DNA of 64,000 nucleotides from an uncultured delta proteobacterium (GTDB lineage: Bacteria; Myxococcota; Myxococcia; Myxococcales; Myxococcaceae), in assembly GCA_963776345.1 (NCBI GenBank), contig CAVZMH010000019.1, positions 32,001-96,000 on the forward strand. The letters are read 5' to 3'. Positions 17,872-29,269 of the stretch are shown here, one piece after another; the first letter of the stretch is position 1; every line of letters starts with the position of its first letter. The translations under genes and the position numbers were made by a program. A model generated the notes under the pieces. It made no database searches and was not told the origin of the DNA. It saw nothing but the letters and a program-made list of their open reading frames with translations.

Positions 17872-18492
17872 TCAGCGCTTGACCAGGCGAGCCCTGTACA
17901 CCGGCTCTCCGCTGGCGAGGTAGCGGCGCTCCCGGCTGCTGGGGACTTCCTCGGGGTCTGGCGGATGGAAGGCGCCGGGGCCGAGCGGGTTGTGCCAGCC
18001 GGCCGCCTCCAGGGCCTCGAGCATCTCCTCGGCCCGCGCCCGGACGTCCGTCCGGAGATCGAACACCGCGCCAGGGGCGGCCAGGTCCAGGAGGAGGGCG
18101 GCGAACGCGGGGGTGAGGATGGCGCGCTTGCGGTGCGCCCGCTTCCACCACGGGTCCGGGAACTGGAGGTGGATGCCCGAGAGGCTGCTCGGGGCGAAGA
18201 GGCGGGGGATGATCGCCCGGGCGTCCGCCTCGACCACCCGGAGGTTCGCGAGGCTGCGCGTCCGGGCCCGGTGCTCGAGCTCGCGGGCGTACTTCTTCCG
18301 CCATTCGATCGCCACGTACCGCACCTCGGGGTGCCGGGCGGCGTAGCCCAGGGCGAAGGCCCCGGCCCCGGAGCCGATCTCCAGCTCCAGGCCCCCGGGG
18401 CGGCCGAAGACGGCGCTCCAGTCCGGAGGAGTCGGCAGGGTAAGGAACTCGGCGCCGGCCGGTTCGGGGCGAAGAAGTGGACCTCGGGTCAT
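17872..18492 (-). CDS. trmB: tRNA (guanine-N7)-methyltransferase
   Basis: ATG at 18492. LEIGSGAG, AIE, EADA, FPDPWWKRAHRKR, RTDV, SSRERRY. Confidence 0.88.
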   Translation of the reverse strand: MTRGPLLRPEPAGAEFLTLPTPPDWSAVFGRPGGLELEIGSGAGAFALGYAARHPEVRYVAIEWRKKYARELEHRARTRSLANLRVVEADARAIIPRLFAPSSLSGIHLQFPDPWWKRAHRKRAILTPAFAALLLDLAAPGAVFDLRTDVRARAEEMLEALEAAGWHNPLGPGAFHPPDPEEVPSSRERRYLASGEPVYRARLVKR

Positions 18493-18567
18493 CGGGGCGT
18501 GATGGCGGAGACTCGGTTTCCGCCATGAGGGACTCGGCCGTGTACCACGTGCTACAGGGCGGGCCAC

Positions 18568-19485
18568 ATGAAGGTGCTCCACTCGCTGGAGGACGCGCGT
18601 GCCCTGGCCGGCGTGGCCCTGGCGCTGGGCAACTTCGACGGGGTGCACCTCGGGCACCGGGCGCTCTTCAAGGAGGCGGCCCGGCACGGCCGGCCGGGCG
18701 CGTTGACCTTCGACCCCCACCCCGGGAAGGTGCTGCAGCCGGACCTCGCCCCGAGGCTCATCACCCCGCTGCCGAGGAAGCTCCAGCTGCTCGAGGCCTC
18801 GGGGCTGGACGTGGTGGTGGTGCTCCCCTTCAGCCTGGGCTTCGCCCGCACCCCGGCCCGCGACTTCGAGGCGATGCTCTTCGACCGGGCGAGGCTCAAG
18901 GCGGTGGTGGTCGGGCGGGACTACACCTACGGAGCGCAGCGCACGGGCACGGTGGCCACCCTGCGCGAGGCGGCCACGGCGCGGGAGGTCGCGGTGGCGG
19001 TGGTGGAGCCGGTGACCGTCGGGGGCGTGGTGGCGTCGTCCTCGCGCATCCGCGAGTACATCCTCGAGGGCCGGGTGGGGGCGGCACAGGCCCTGCTCGG
19101 CCGGGCGTTCGACCTGGACGGGGTGGTGGTGAAGGGCGACGGCCGCGGGCGGAGCATCGGCTGGCCCACCGCCAACGTGGACACCCACGGAGAGCTGCTC
19201 CCGGCCTCCGGGGTGTATGCGGTCCGGGTCCGTGCCTCCGACGGCTGGCACGGCGGCGCGGCCAACATCGGAACCAAGCCCACCTTCGGGGGCTCGGCGG
19301 TGACGGTCGAGGTGCACCTGCTCGACTGGTCGGGCGACCTGTACGGGCAGGAGGTGCGGGTCGAGTTCCTGGAGCGGCTGCGCGCCGAGCGCCGCTTCGG
19401 TTCGGTGTCGGAGCTCACGGCGCAGATCCATCGCGACGTCGAGGCGGCCCGGGTGGTGCTTGCACGCACCCCGGCGCTTCCTTGA
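18568..19485 (+). CDS. ribF: Bifunctional riboflavin kinase/FAD synthetase
   Basis: GNFDGVHLGH, TFDPHP, SSSRIR, GRSIGWPTAN, NIGTKPTF, EVHLLD, LRAERRF. Confidence 0.96.
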   Translation: MKVLHSLEDARALAGVALALGNFDGVHLGHRALFKEAARHGRPGALTFDPHPGKVLQPDLAPRLITPLPRKLQLLEASGLDVVVVLPFSLGFARTPARDFEAMLFDRARLKAVVVGRDYTYGAQRTGTVATLREAATAREVAVAVVEPVTVGGVVASSSRIREYILEGRVGAAQALLGRAFDLDGVVVKGDGRGRSIGWPTANVDTHGELLPASGVYAVRVRASDGWHGGAANIGTKPTFGGSAVTVEVHLLDWSGDLYGQEVRVEFLERLRAERRFGSVSELTAQIHRDVEAARVVLARTPALP

Positions 19486-19511
19486 CACCCTTTTTTCCGG
19501 CCCCTTAGATC
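19482..19511 (+). promoter_or_regulatory. Candidate sigma70-type promoter for the pilB operon
   Basis: Perfect TTGACA at 19482-19487, then TTAGAT/TAGATC 17-18 nt downstream, about 70 nt before the pilB ATG. Confidence 0.45.
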
Positions 19512-19580
19512 GAAACCCCCGGGCAGGAGCACCTCCCGGGCGTCCCACGCCATCCTTCCTTCAGGGGTCAAAGCGAACGC

Positions 19581-21275
19581 ATGTCCTCCGGCCGCCTCGG
19601 TGAATTGCTCGTCCGGGAGAACCTGATCTCGGTCCAGCAGCTCCGCAAAGCGCAGGAGGAGCAGCAGCGGAACGGCACCCGCATCGGCTCGGCACTGATC
19701 AAGGTCGGCGCCATCGAGGAGCACAAGCTCACCGACTTCCTGAGCAAGCAGTACGGCGTCCCGGCGATCAACCTGAAGGACTTCGAGATCGACCCGGAGA
19801 TCGTCAAGCTGGTCAAGAAGGAGGTCGCCCAGAAGCACCTGGTCATCCCGGTGAACCGGGCCGGCCAGTCGCTCATCGTGGCGATGAGCGACCCCTCCAA
19901 CATCTACGCGGTCGACGACCTCAAGTTCACCACCGGGTACAACATCGAGCCGGTGGTGGCGTCCGAGCCGAGCATCCGCGAGGCCATCGACCGCTACTAC
20001 GCGGAGAAGGGCCCCACGCTGGACGAGATCCTCGGCGCGGCCGACGACCAGGTGGACGTCGCCGAGCAGGAGGAGGACGAGTTCGACGTCAAGGCGGCCG
20101 AGGACGCTCCGGTCGTCAAGCTGGTGAACCTCGTCCTGGTGGACGCCATCCGGAAGGGCGCCTCGGACATCCACGTCGAGCCCTACGAGAAGGACTTCCG
20201 GGTTCGCTTCCGCATCGACGGCGTGTTGTACGACGTGATGAAGCCGCCGATGAAGCTGAAGAACGCGATCATCAGCCGCCTGAAGATCATGGCCCAGCTG
20301 GACATCAGCGAGCGGCGGCTCCCCCAGGACGGGCGGATCAAGATCAAGACCACCGGCAAGGAGATGGACTTCCGGGTGAGCGTCTGCCCCACGCTCTTCG
20401 GCGAGAAGGTGGTGCTCCGGCTGCTCGACAAGTCCAACCTCCAGCTGGACATGACCAAGCTGGGGTTCGACGCCGAGCCCCTGAAGTGGTTCAAGGAGGC
20501 CATCGACCGGCCCTACGGCATGGTGCTGGTGACCGGGCCCACCGGCTCGGGGAAGACCACCACGCTGTACTCGGCGCTGACCTCACTCAACACCGCCGAC
20601 GTGAACATCAGCACCGCGGAGGATCCGGTGGAGTTCAACTTCGCCGGCATCAACCAGGTGCAGATGCACGATGACATCGGCCTGAACTTCGCCGCCGCCC
20701 TCCGGAGCTTCCTCCGGCAGGACCCGGACATCATCATGATCGGCGAGATCCGCGACTTCGAGACCGCGGAGATCGGGGTGAAGGCCGCCCTCACCGGTCA
20801 CCTGGTCCTCAGCACGCTGCACACCAACGACGCCCCGGGCACCGTGAGCCGGCTCCTGAACATGGGCATCGAGCCGTTCCTGGTGACCGCGTCCCTGAAC
20901 CTCATCCTCGCCCAGCGTCTCGCCCGGAGGCTGTGCCCCGCCTGCAAGCGCCCGGCGAAGAACATCGAGGAGCAGGCGCTGCTCGACGCCGGTGTGCCGA
21001 CGGACAAGATCGGCACCTTCACCGTCTACGAGAAGGCCGGGTGCCGCGAGTGCAACGACCGCGGCTACCGGGGCCGCGTCGCCATCTACGAGGTCATGCC
21101 GTTCTGGGACGGCCTCAAGGAGCTGGTGATCAACGGCGCCTCGGCCGCGGAGCTGAAGCAGGAGTCCATCCGGCTGGGGATGCAGACCCTGCGGATGGCC
21201 GCTCTCGGCAAGATGATGGCCGGGATGACCACCCTCGAAGAGGTGGTGGGCAACACCGCGCCGGACCGCTTCTAG
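19581..21275 (+). CDS. pilB: Type IVa pilus extension ATPase with N-terminal MshEN-like domain
   Basis: RLGELLVRENL..QL (MshEN-like), ASDIHVEP, ERRLPQDGR, GPTGSGKTTT, RQDPDIIMIGEIRD, CPAC..CREC. Confidence 0.97.
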   Translation: MSSGRLGELLVRENLISVQQLRKAQEEQQRNGTRIGSALIKVGAIEEHKLTDFLSKQYGVPAINLKDFEIDPEIVKLVKKEVAQKHLVIPVNRAGQSLIVAMSDPSNIYAVDDLKFTTGYNIEPVVASEPSIREAIDRYYAEKGPTLDEILGAADDQVDVAEQEEDEFDVKAAEDAPVVKLVNLVLVDAIRKGASDIHVEPYEKDFRVRFRIDGVLYDVMKPPMKLKNAIISRLKIMAQLDISERRLPQDGRIKIKTTGKEMDFRVSVCPTLFGEKVVLRLLDKSNLQLDMTKLGFDAEPLKWFKEAIDRPYGMVLVTGPTGSGKTTTLYSALTSLNTADVNISTAEDPVEFNFAGINQVQMHDDIGLNFAAALRSFLRQDPDIIMIGEIRDFETAEIGVKAALTGHLVLSTLHTNDAPGTVSRLLNMGIEPFLVTASLNLILAQRLARRLCPACKRPAKNIEEQALLDAGVPTDKIGTFTVYEKAGCRECNDRGYRGRVAIYEVMPFWDGLKELVINGASAAELKQESIRLGMQTLRMAALGKMMAGMTTLEEVVGNTAPDRF

Positions 21276-21287
21276 AAAGACAGGGCC

Positions 21288-22418
21288 GTGGCCAACCTCC
21301 ATCAGCTGTTGAAGGCGATGGTCGAGAAGACCGCTTCCGACCTTCACATCACCACCGGCAGCCCTCCGCAGCTGCGCATCGACGGCGAGCTGGTGCCGCT
21401 GAAGGCCGCCCCCCTCTCGCCGGTGGAGACCAAGCAGATCTGCTACTCGGTGCTCACCGACGCGCAGAAGGCCAAGTTCGAGGAGGACCACGAGCTCGAC
21501 CTGTCGTTCGGGGTCAAGGCGCTGAGCCGCTTCCGGGCCAACCTCTACATGCAGCGCGGCGCGGTGGCCGGGGCCTTCCGGACCATCCCCTTCAAGATCC
21601 TCTCCTTCCAGGAGCTGGGCCTGCCCCCGGTGGTCACCGAGCTGTCGAAGAAGCCGCGCGGCCTGGTGCTGGTGACCGGGCCCACCGGCTCGGGGAAGAG
21701 CACCACGCTCGCCAGCATCATCGACAAGATCAACACCGATCGTCACGAGCACATCATGACGATCGAGGACCCCATCGAGTACCTGCACCCGCACAAGAAC
21801 TGCCTGATCAACCAGCGCGAGGTGGGGGCAGATACAAGAAGCTTCAAGACCGCGCTGAAGTACATCCTCCGGCAGGACCCGGACGTGGTGCTGGTGGGCG
21901 AGATGCGCGACCTCGAGACCATCGAGGCGGCGCTGGTCATCGCCGAGACCGGCCACATCTGCTTCGGGACGCTGCACACCAACAGCTGCGTGCAGACCAT
22001 CAACCGGGTGCTGGACGTGTTCCCGCCCTTCCAGCAGCCGCAGATCCGCGCCCAGCTCTCCTTCGTCGTCGAGGGCGTGATGAGCCAGGCCCTTCTCCAG
22101 AAGGCGGGCGGGGGCCGCTGCCTGGCGCTGGAGATCATGGTCCCCAACCCCGCGATCCGGAACCTCATCCGCGAGGACAAGGTCCACCAGATCTACTCGG
22201 CGATGCAGGTGGGTCAGGCGAAGTTCGGGATGCAGACCTTCAACCAGAGCCTGGCGAGCCTGCTCTCGCGGCGGTTGATCTCCCAGGAGGAGGCATTCGG
22301 AAGGTCCTCCGATCCCGAGGAGCTGAAGAACATCATCGCCAGTGGCGCCGCGGGGGGTGTGCTGCCCGGGCACACCGCCCCACCCGTCGGTGGCCGACCC
22401 ATGCCCCCGCGCTCCTGA
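21288..22418 (+). CDS. pilT: Type IV pilus retraction ATPase
   Basis: ASDLHITTGSPP, GPTGSGKSTT, EDPIEY, ETGH, AIRNLIRE, GMQTFNQ. Confidence 0.97.
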   Translation: MANLHQLLKAMVEKTASDLHITTGSPPQLRIDGELVPLKAAPLSPVETKQICYSVLTDAQKAKFEEDHELDLSFGVKALSRFRANLYMQRGAVAGAFRTIPFKILSFQELGLPPVVTELSKKPRGLVLVTGPTGSGKSTTLASIIDKINTDRHEHIMTIEDPIEYLHPHKNCLINQREVGADTRSFKTALKYILRQDPDVVLVGEMRDLETIEAALVIAETGHICFGTLHTNSCVQTINRVLDVFPPFQQPQIRAQLSFVVEGVMSQALLQKAGGGRCLALEIMVPNPAIRNLIREDKVHQIYSAMQVGQAKFGMQTFNQSLASLLSRRLISQEEAFGRSSDPEELKNIIASGAAGGVLPGHTAPPVGGRPMPPRS

Positions 22419-22435
22419 GCTAGGATCTCACCCTC

Positions 22436-23683
22436 ATGGCCGTCTCCGCGACCGCACTGAAGAACAAGGCCACCCCCAAGCCGAGGCAGTGGGTCTGGGA
22501 GGCGAAGACTCGCGCGGGTGAGGTGAAGAAGGGCGAGATGGAGGCGCTCGACGCCTCCGCGGTCGACACGCGGCTGAAGTCGCTCGGCCTCTCGCCGGTC
22601 AAGGTGAAGAAGAAGGCGATGGCGATCACCCTCCCGAAGATCGGGAGCGGGGTCTCGGGCAAGGACATCCTGGTCTTCACCAAGCAGTTCGCGACGATGA
22701 TCGACGCGGGCCTGCCCCTGGTGCAGTGCCTGGACATCCTCGCGAACCAGATGGACAACGCGGCCTTCAAGAAGGTCCTGCTGGCCATCAAGAGCAAGGT
22801 GGAGTCGGGGTCGACGTTCGCCGACGCGCTGAAGGATCACCCCAAGGTCTTCGACGAGCTGTTCATCCAGCTCTGCGCCGCGGGCGAGGTGGGCGGCATC
22901 CTCGACACCATCCTCAACCGGCTGGCGAACTACCGGGAGAAGGCGGAGAAGCTGAAGCGGAAGGTGAAGGGCGCGATGATCTACCCGATCATCGTGATCA
23001 CCGTGGCCATCGGCGTGACCGCGCTGCTGCTCCTCAAGGTGACGCCGGTCTTCGCCAAGATGTTCACCGACTTCGGGTCGGCCATGCCCGCGCCCACCCA
23101 GTTCGTCATCGACATGTCGAACTGGCTGCAGCACTACTTCCTCTACCTGGTCGGCGCCACCATCGCGCTGGCGGTCGCCTTCGTCGCCTTCTACCGGAAC
23201 CCGAAGGGCCGGAAGATCTTCGACAAGCTGGTCCTCCAGGCTCCGATCATCGGCCCGGTGATCCGCAAGGTCGCGGTCGCCCGCTTCACCCGGACGCTGG
23301 GGACGATGATCAGCTCCGGCGTCCCCATCCTGGACGCGCTGGACGTCACGGCGAAGACCGCCGGCAATCGCACCATCGAGGACGGCATCTATTACGTCCG
23401 GGGGAAGATCTCCGAGGGCAAGAACATCGCCGGCCCGCTGCTGGAGACCAAGGTCTTCCCGCCCATGGTGGTCCAGATGATCGGCGTCGGCGAGGCCACC
23501 GGCGCCATGGACGCGATGCTGAACAAGATCGCCGATTTCTACGACGACGAGGTCGACACCGCCGTCGCGGGCCTCACGGCGATGATCGAGCCGCTGCTGA
23601 TGGTCTTCCTCGGCGGAGTGGTGGGCGGCTTCCTGATCGCCATGTACCTGCCGATCTTCTCGATCGCCGGTGCCATCAAGTAG
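22436..23683 (+). CDS. pilC: Type IV pilus inner-membrane platform protein
   Basis: FTKQFATMIDAGLP, GEVGGILD, AMIYP, GEATGAMD, EP...AMYLPIF. Confidence 0.97.
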   Translation: MAVSATALKNKATPKPRQWVWEAKTRAGEVKKGEMEALDASAVDTRLKSLGLSPVKVKKKAMAITLPKIGSGVSGKDILVFTKQFATMIDAGLPLVQCLDILANQMDNAAFKKVLLAIKSKVESGSTFADALKDHPKVFDELFIQLCAAGEVGGILDTILNRLANYREKAEKLKRKVKGAMIYPIIVITVAIGVTALLLLKVTPVFAKMFTDFGSAMPAPTQFVIDMSNWLQHYFLYLVGATIALAVAFVAFYRNPKGRKIFDKLVLQAPIIGPVIRKVAVARFTRTLGTMISSGVPILDALDVTAKTAGNRTIEDGIYYVRGKISEGKNIAGPLLETKVFPPMVVQMIGVGEATGAMDAMLNKIADFYDDEVDTAVAGLTAMIEPLLMVFLGGVVGGFLIAMYLPIFSIAGAIK

Positions 23684-25291
23684 CGCAGCCGAGGCGCCCG
23701 CCGCCGGCAGCTCGCTGCGGCCCAGGCTGGTCTGGGTCACCGCGTTCCGCACCGCCGCGGCGACGCTGCTCCTCGCGGTCTACGGCGTCCGGCTCCTCTC
23801 GCGGCCCAGCACCGAGGCGCTGGCAGGCGAGGACCTCCTCTCGCTGTGGATGGTGGGGAGCATCTACCTCCTGGTGCTGGTCCAGGCGCTGTTCCTGCGC
23901 AACAGCAAGCCCGGGCTCCGCAGCGCGCTGGTGCACGTGGCCGGGGACGTGGCCACCGCCACGGTGCTGGTCTTCCTCACCGGCGGAGCGGAGAGCCCCT
24001 TCACCTTCACCTACCTCCTCACGGTGGTGGGCGCCTCCATCCTGCTCGGCCAGTGGGGCGCGCTGGCGGCGGCGGCCGCGTGCTCGGCATCGTTCCTGGT
24101 GCTCGCCGCGGCGATCTCCACCGGGACCCTTCACCCGCCGGTCCCGGTCACCACGCTCCCGGTGGGGCGGCTGGCCTTCCTCTGCGCGAGCAACGTGCTC
24201 GCCCAGTTCCTGACCGCGGTGCTCACCGGCTTCCTCGCCCGGCAGCTGACCACCGCCGGCGGCCGGCTCTCGGCGCGGGAGCGGGACCTGCGCGAGCTGA
24301 CCCGCCTGCAGCAGCAGATCCTCTCCGCGATGCCCTCGGGTCTGCTCACCTGCGACGTGGACGGGCGCATCACCTACGTGAACCGGGCGGCCCAGCAGAT
24401 CCTCGGGCTCGACCCGGGCGGCGCCGCGGGCAACGTGGAGGACCTCATCCCCGGAGTCCGGACGCTCTTCACCGGCCGGCCGCGCTCGGAGGTGACGGTG
24501 ACCACGCCGGCGGGCCGCCGCATCCTCGGGCTCACGGTCTCGGCCCTGGGCGCGTCGCCGGCGCCGCTCCTGGTCGTCTTCCAGGACCTGACGGACCTGC
24601 GCCGCGTCGAGCAGGAGCTCCGCCGGTCCGACCGGCTGGCCGAGCTGGGCGCGCTCTCGGCCCAGCTGGCGCACGAGATCCGGAACCCGCTGGCCGCGAT
24701 GCGCGGCTCGGCCCAGCTGCTCTCGCCGGGGGCGGACCCGGACACTCAGCGGCTGGTGGGCATCCTCACCCGCGAGGCGGACCGGCTCGGCGAGCTGGTG
24801 ACTGACTTCCTGGTCTTCGCCCGTCCGCCGGCCCCGGTGCTGCGGCCGTGCGACCTCGACGAGCTGGTCCGCCAGACCATCGAGCTGGTGTCCTCCGACC
24901 CGCTCGCCTCGGGCGTGACCATCGACGTCACGCCGGGCGGGCTCCAGGCGGAGGTGGACCCGGACCAGGTCCGGCAGGTGCTGCTCAACCTGCTCCGCAA
25001 CGCCCTGGCCGCGGCCGGCAGGGACGGGCGGGTCCGGACCTTCTTCAGCCGGGTGGACGGGCAGGTGCAGATCCACGTCTGGGACTCGGGGGGGAGCATC
25101 GCCACCGCCGATCTGCCGCGCATCTTCGAGCCGTTCTTCACCAAGCGCGCCGGGGGCACCGGGCTCGGGCTCTCCACGGTGCACTCCATCGTCCGCGCGC
25201 ACGGGGGGCAGATCCAGGTCAGCTCCTCCCCTGGCGAAGGCACCGAGTTCGTGGTGGGGTTCGCCGCTCCAGCGGGCGAGGTCCGGCAAGC

Positions 25292-25295
<4 letters not shown>
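23670..25295 (+). CDS. pilS: Sensor histidine kinase (multi-TM, PAS)
   Basis: Multiple TMs with TGG.ESPF, PAS domain, AHEIRNPL H-box, NLLRNA, FEPFFTK..GGTGLGL. Position matches pilS. Exact start uncertain. Confidence 0.88.
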
Positions 25296-26683
<1,388 letters not shown>

Positions 26684-26703
26684 CGCTGCTGGGCCAGACC
26701 GGC

Positions 26704-26718
26704 TGACGAATTTCGTCA
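26704..26718. promoter_or_regulatory. Palindrome TGACGAA-T-TTCGTCA, candidate PilR enhancer site
   Basis: Perfect 7-1-7 inverted repeat about 65-80 nt upstream of the sigma54 element. Confidence 0.55.
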
Positions 26719-26781
26719 CGCCGGGTCATGGTCGGGGCGGTGCCGGACGAGGATCCGGGGACTTGCAGCGCGGGAGGGGCC

Positions 26782-26797
26782 TGGAACGCTCCGTGCA
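26782..26797 (+). promoter_or_regulatory. Sigma54 (-24/-12) promoter of pilA
   Basis: TGGAACG-CTCC-GTGCA versus consensus TGGCACG-N4-TTGCW, with correct GG/GC spacing, upstream of pilA and next to pilR. Confidence 0.75.
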
Positions 26798-26867
26798 CAT
26801 GCCCCCCGCCGAGCTGCTCCTCCCCCCGGGGCGGCCGCTCATCACCCGAATCAGGAGTCACTCCCAC

Positions 26868-27539
26868 ATGAAGAAGCTGCACAAGGGCTTCACGCTCATC
26901 GAGCTGATGATCGTGGTCGCCATCATCGGAATCCTCGCCGCCCTCGCCATCCCCAACTTCATCCGCTTCCAGGCTCGCTCGAAGCAGAGCGAAGTGAAGG
27001 CGAACCTCAAGTCCCTCTTCACCGCCGAGCGCTCCTACTACCAGGAGCACGACACCTACTCCGAGTGCATCCGGAAGATCGGGTTCAACCCGGAGCGCGG
27101 CAATCGCTACCACTACGTCGTCAACAACACTCTGAACAACGAAAACTGCAACACTAACGAGTTCCGGGACAACGCCGCCGGCATCACCGCCAGCACCGAT
27201 GGCGCCGTCCGGGCCGATACCTTCAAGTTTGGCACCGGCGCGGGCATCACCGCGGCGAACGGCGCAGTTGCAGTGCTGTATGCCCCCATCGCCCCCTTTG
27301 GCACCGCGATCGTTGCTGTCGGCAACCTGGTGGGCGTGAGCCCGGCCACTCCTGATGCGAACGGCTCGTTCGGTGGCGCGGCTCAGGGAGACATCGACAG
27401 CGACCTCCAAGTCGACCTCTGGTACATCTCCAGCCTGTCGAGCACCACCGCTGGCATCTGCCCGCTGCTGGCTGGCATCGACCAGAACGCTCCTGGTGGC
27501 GAGCCGAAGAACACCTACAACGACGTGAACTGCCCGTAG
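26868..27539 (+). CDS. pilA: Type IVa major pilin, copy 1 (223 aa)
   Basis: [49 protein letters not shown] class III signal with E5, myxobacterial PERGNRY motif, 4 Cys. Confidence 0.95.
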   Translation: MKKLHKGFTLIELMIVVAIIGILAALAIPNFIRFQARSKQSEVKANLKSLFTAERSYYQEHDTYSECIRKIGFNPERGNRYHYVVNNTLNNENCNTNEFRDNAAGITASTDGAVRADTFKFGTGAGITAANGAVAVLYAPIAPFGTAIVAVGNLVGVSPATPDANGSFGGAAQGDIDSDLQVDLWYISSLSSTTAGICPLLAGIDQNAPGGEPKNTYNDVNCP

Positions 27540-27562
27540 TCGCGGGGAGCGTCGGCAGCACA

Positions 27563-27604
27563 GAGGGCCCCGTCGCGGGAATTCGCCGCGATGGGGCCTT
27601 CTTC
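27563..27604 (+). terminator. Hairpin (terminator or stabiliser) after the first pilin
   Basis: GAGGGCCCCGTCGCGG-GAATTCG-CCGCGATGGGGCCTTC followed by TTC; short U-tract. Confidence 0.65.
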
Positions 27605-27645
27605 AATCGCTGGAGAGGACTCCTTCGGGCACCTTCACTCGCCTC

Positions 27646-28323
27646 ATGAATCCACGCCACAGAGGCTTCACGCTCATCGAGTTGATGATCGTCGTGGCGG
27701 TGATCGCTCTTCTTGCCGCGCTGGCGATTCCCAACTTCATCCGCTTCCAGGCGCGGTCGAAGCAGGCCGAGGTCAAGGCGAATCTCAAGGCGGTCTTCAC
27801 TGCCGAGCGGTCCTACTTCCAGGAGCACTCCTGCTACACCAGCTGCACGAAGAAGGTGGGGTTCGCTCCGGAGCGGGGTAACCGGTATCGGTATTCTCTC
27901 AACGTGATCACCCGAGGCGACGAGACCTGCAACACGACCGAGAACAGGTCGACGGCTGCAGGCATCAGCCTGGGGACCGATGGCGACATCCTGGCCGACA
28001 CCTTCAAGCATGGGACCGGACCAGGGATCACCGCCGCCAACGGCCCCAAGCCCGCCCCCCTGTACGTCGCGACTCAGCCGTCGGGAACCTCCATCGTCGT
28101 GCAGAGCGACCTGGTAGGAGTCGTACCCGCCTTCGCTGACTCTGCCGGCTCCTTCGGGGTGGCCGCGCAAGGCGACATCGACACCGACCTCAACCTGGAC
28201 CTCTGGTACGTTTCCAGCGTCTCCTCGACCACCACCGGCGTGTGCCCCGTCCTCGTGGGCATCGGCCAGCAGGTTCCTGGTGGAGAGCCAAAGAACACCT
28301 ACAATGATGTCGACTGCCCGTGA
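27646..28323 (+). CDS. Second pilA-like type IVa pilin (225 aa)
   Basis: [42 protein letters not shown]. Collinear with copy 1 through to [15 protein letters not shown]. Confidence 0.92.
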   Translation: MNPRHRGFTLIELMIVVAVIALLAALAIPNFIRFQARSKQAEVKANLKAVFTAERSYFQEHSCYTSCTKKVGFAPERGNRYRYSLNVITRGDETCNTTENRSTAAGISLGTDGDILADTFKHGTGPGITAANGPKPAPLYVATQPSGTSIVVQSDLVGVVPAFADSAGSFGVAAQGDIDTDLNLDLWYVSSVSSTTTGVCPVLVGIGQQVPGGEPKNTYNDVDCP

Positions 28324-28375
28324 GCTGAGGACCGGTCCAGGAGCGCCTGGCCTGGTCGCCCTTTCGACGAGACAC

Positions 28376-29269
28376 ATGCGACGGAACGTGGCGATGGCGG
28401 CGAGCATCATTGGGATCGGACTCCTGCTCGGGATCAGCTACGCGAGCGGCCGCTATGCCGACCTACGACCCGTCCGCAGCGATCTGGTCATCGCCCGGGA
28501 ACTGATCTACCTGCCCAGCCCGACGACCGCGCGAGTGATGTCCCTCGGGTTCGGGCAACTGCTCGCGGACTGGTACTGGGTGCGTGCGCAGCAGTACTTC
28601 ACCGAGCCGGCGCAGGAGCTGAACCAGTACCGCTCCCTCGGAGATTTTCTCGACGTCGTCGTCGGTCTCGATCCGGACTTCGAGTACGTCTACAAGTTTG
28701 CGGGGATCTCGATTCCGTACGACACCGGCCGTCTGCGATACGCCAACACCGAACGAGCGATCGGCTTTCTCCAGCGAGGTGTGGCGCGCTTCCCCCAGAA
28801 CTGGGAGATGCGTCTGTATCTCGGGTTCTACCTGCTCAACTTCCGAGGCGACTCGGCAGGTGCCGCCGAGCAGTTCGCCCTCGCTGCACCCATCCCCGGT
28901 GCGCCACAGTACCTGAAGCGGTTCGCCGCCCGGCTGTTCTCGGTCAGCGGCGAGGTCGAGCGGGCGAAGGCGTTCACCGAGCAGATGCTTTCCATCACCG
29001 ACGACCCGGACGAGCGGGCGCGGCTCGAGAATCGGCTCAGGGAGATCGAGATCGAAGGGCGATTCCGCGAGGTGGAAGCGGCCGCGGAGCGCTTCAGGAC
29101 CGAGCACGGGCGCTGGCCGGTCGGGCTCGAGGAGCTTGCCGCGGTCTACCTCCTTCCTCCCTTGCCAGCCCAGGCCCGTCTGGAGAACGGGACCGTCACC
29201 GCTCCCTCGGTCAAGCGGCTGGTGGTCTACGAGCACCCGAAGGAAGCACCGATGCGAGCAACCCAATGA
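28376..29269 (+). CDS. pilG: PilG-like accessory protein (N-terminal TM, TPR-like periplasmic domain)
   Basis: ATG at 28376. SLGFGQLLADWYWVRAQQYF, LDPDF, FPQNW. Sits between pilA and the ABC ATPase, as myxobacterial pilG does. Confidence 0.7.
   Translation: MRRNVAMAASIIGIGLLLGISYASGRYADLRPVRSDLVIARELIYLPSPTTARVMSLGFGQLLADWYWVRAQQYFTEPAQELNQYRSLGDFLDVVVGLDPDFEYVYKFAGISIPYDTGRLRYANTERAIGFLQRGVARFPQNWEMRLYLGFYLLNFRGDSAGAAEQFALAAPIPGAPQYLKRFAARLFSVSGEVERAKAFTEQMLSITDDPDERARLENRLREIEIEGRFREVEAAAERFRTEHGRWPVGLEELAAVYLLPPLPAQARLENGTVTAPSVKRLVVYEHPKEAPMRATQ

Noticed and set aside
17872..19548. N-terminal extensions given by the ORF track (trmB, gshA, pilR, pilA, pilD, sgmX, mglC and others)
   Set aside because: The extensions overlap neighbouring genes. 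Internal starts with SD sequences or stop/start overlaps match family N-termini better.
19581..19760. MshEN c-di-GMP-binding motif in PilB as a novelty
   Set aside because: Already known for myxobacterial PilB; kept only as annotation.
26868..28323. Conductive e-pilin hypothesis
   Set aside because: Both pilins are long (over 200 aa) with long aromatic-free stretches, unlike short Geobacter-type pilins.
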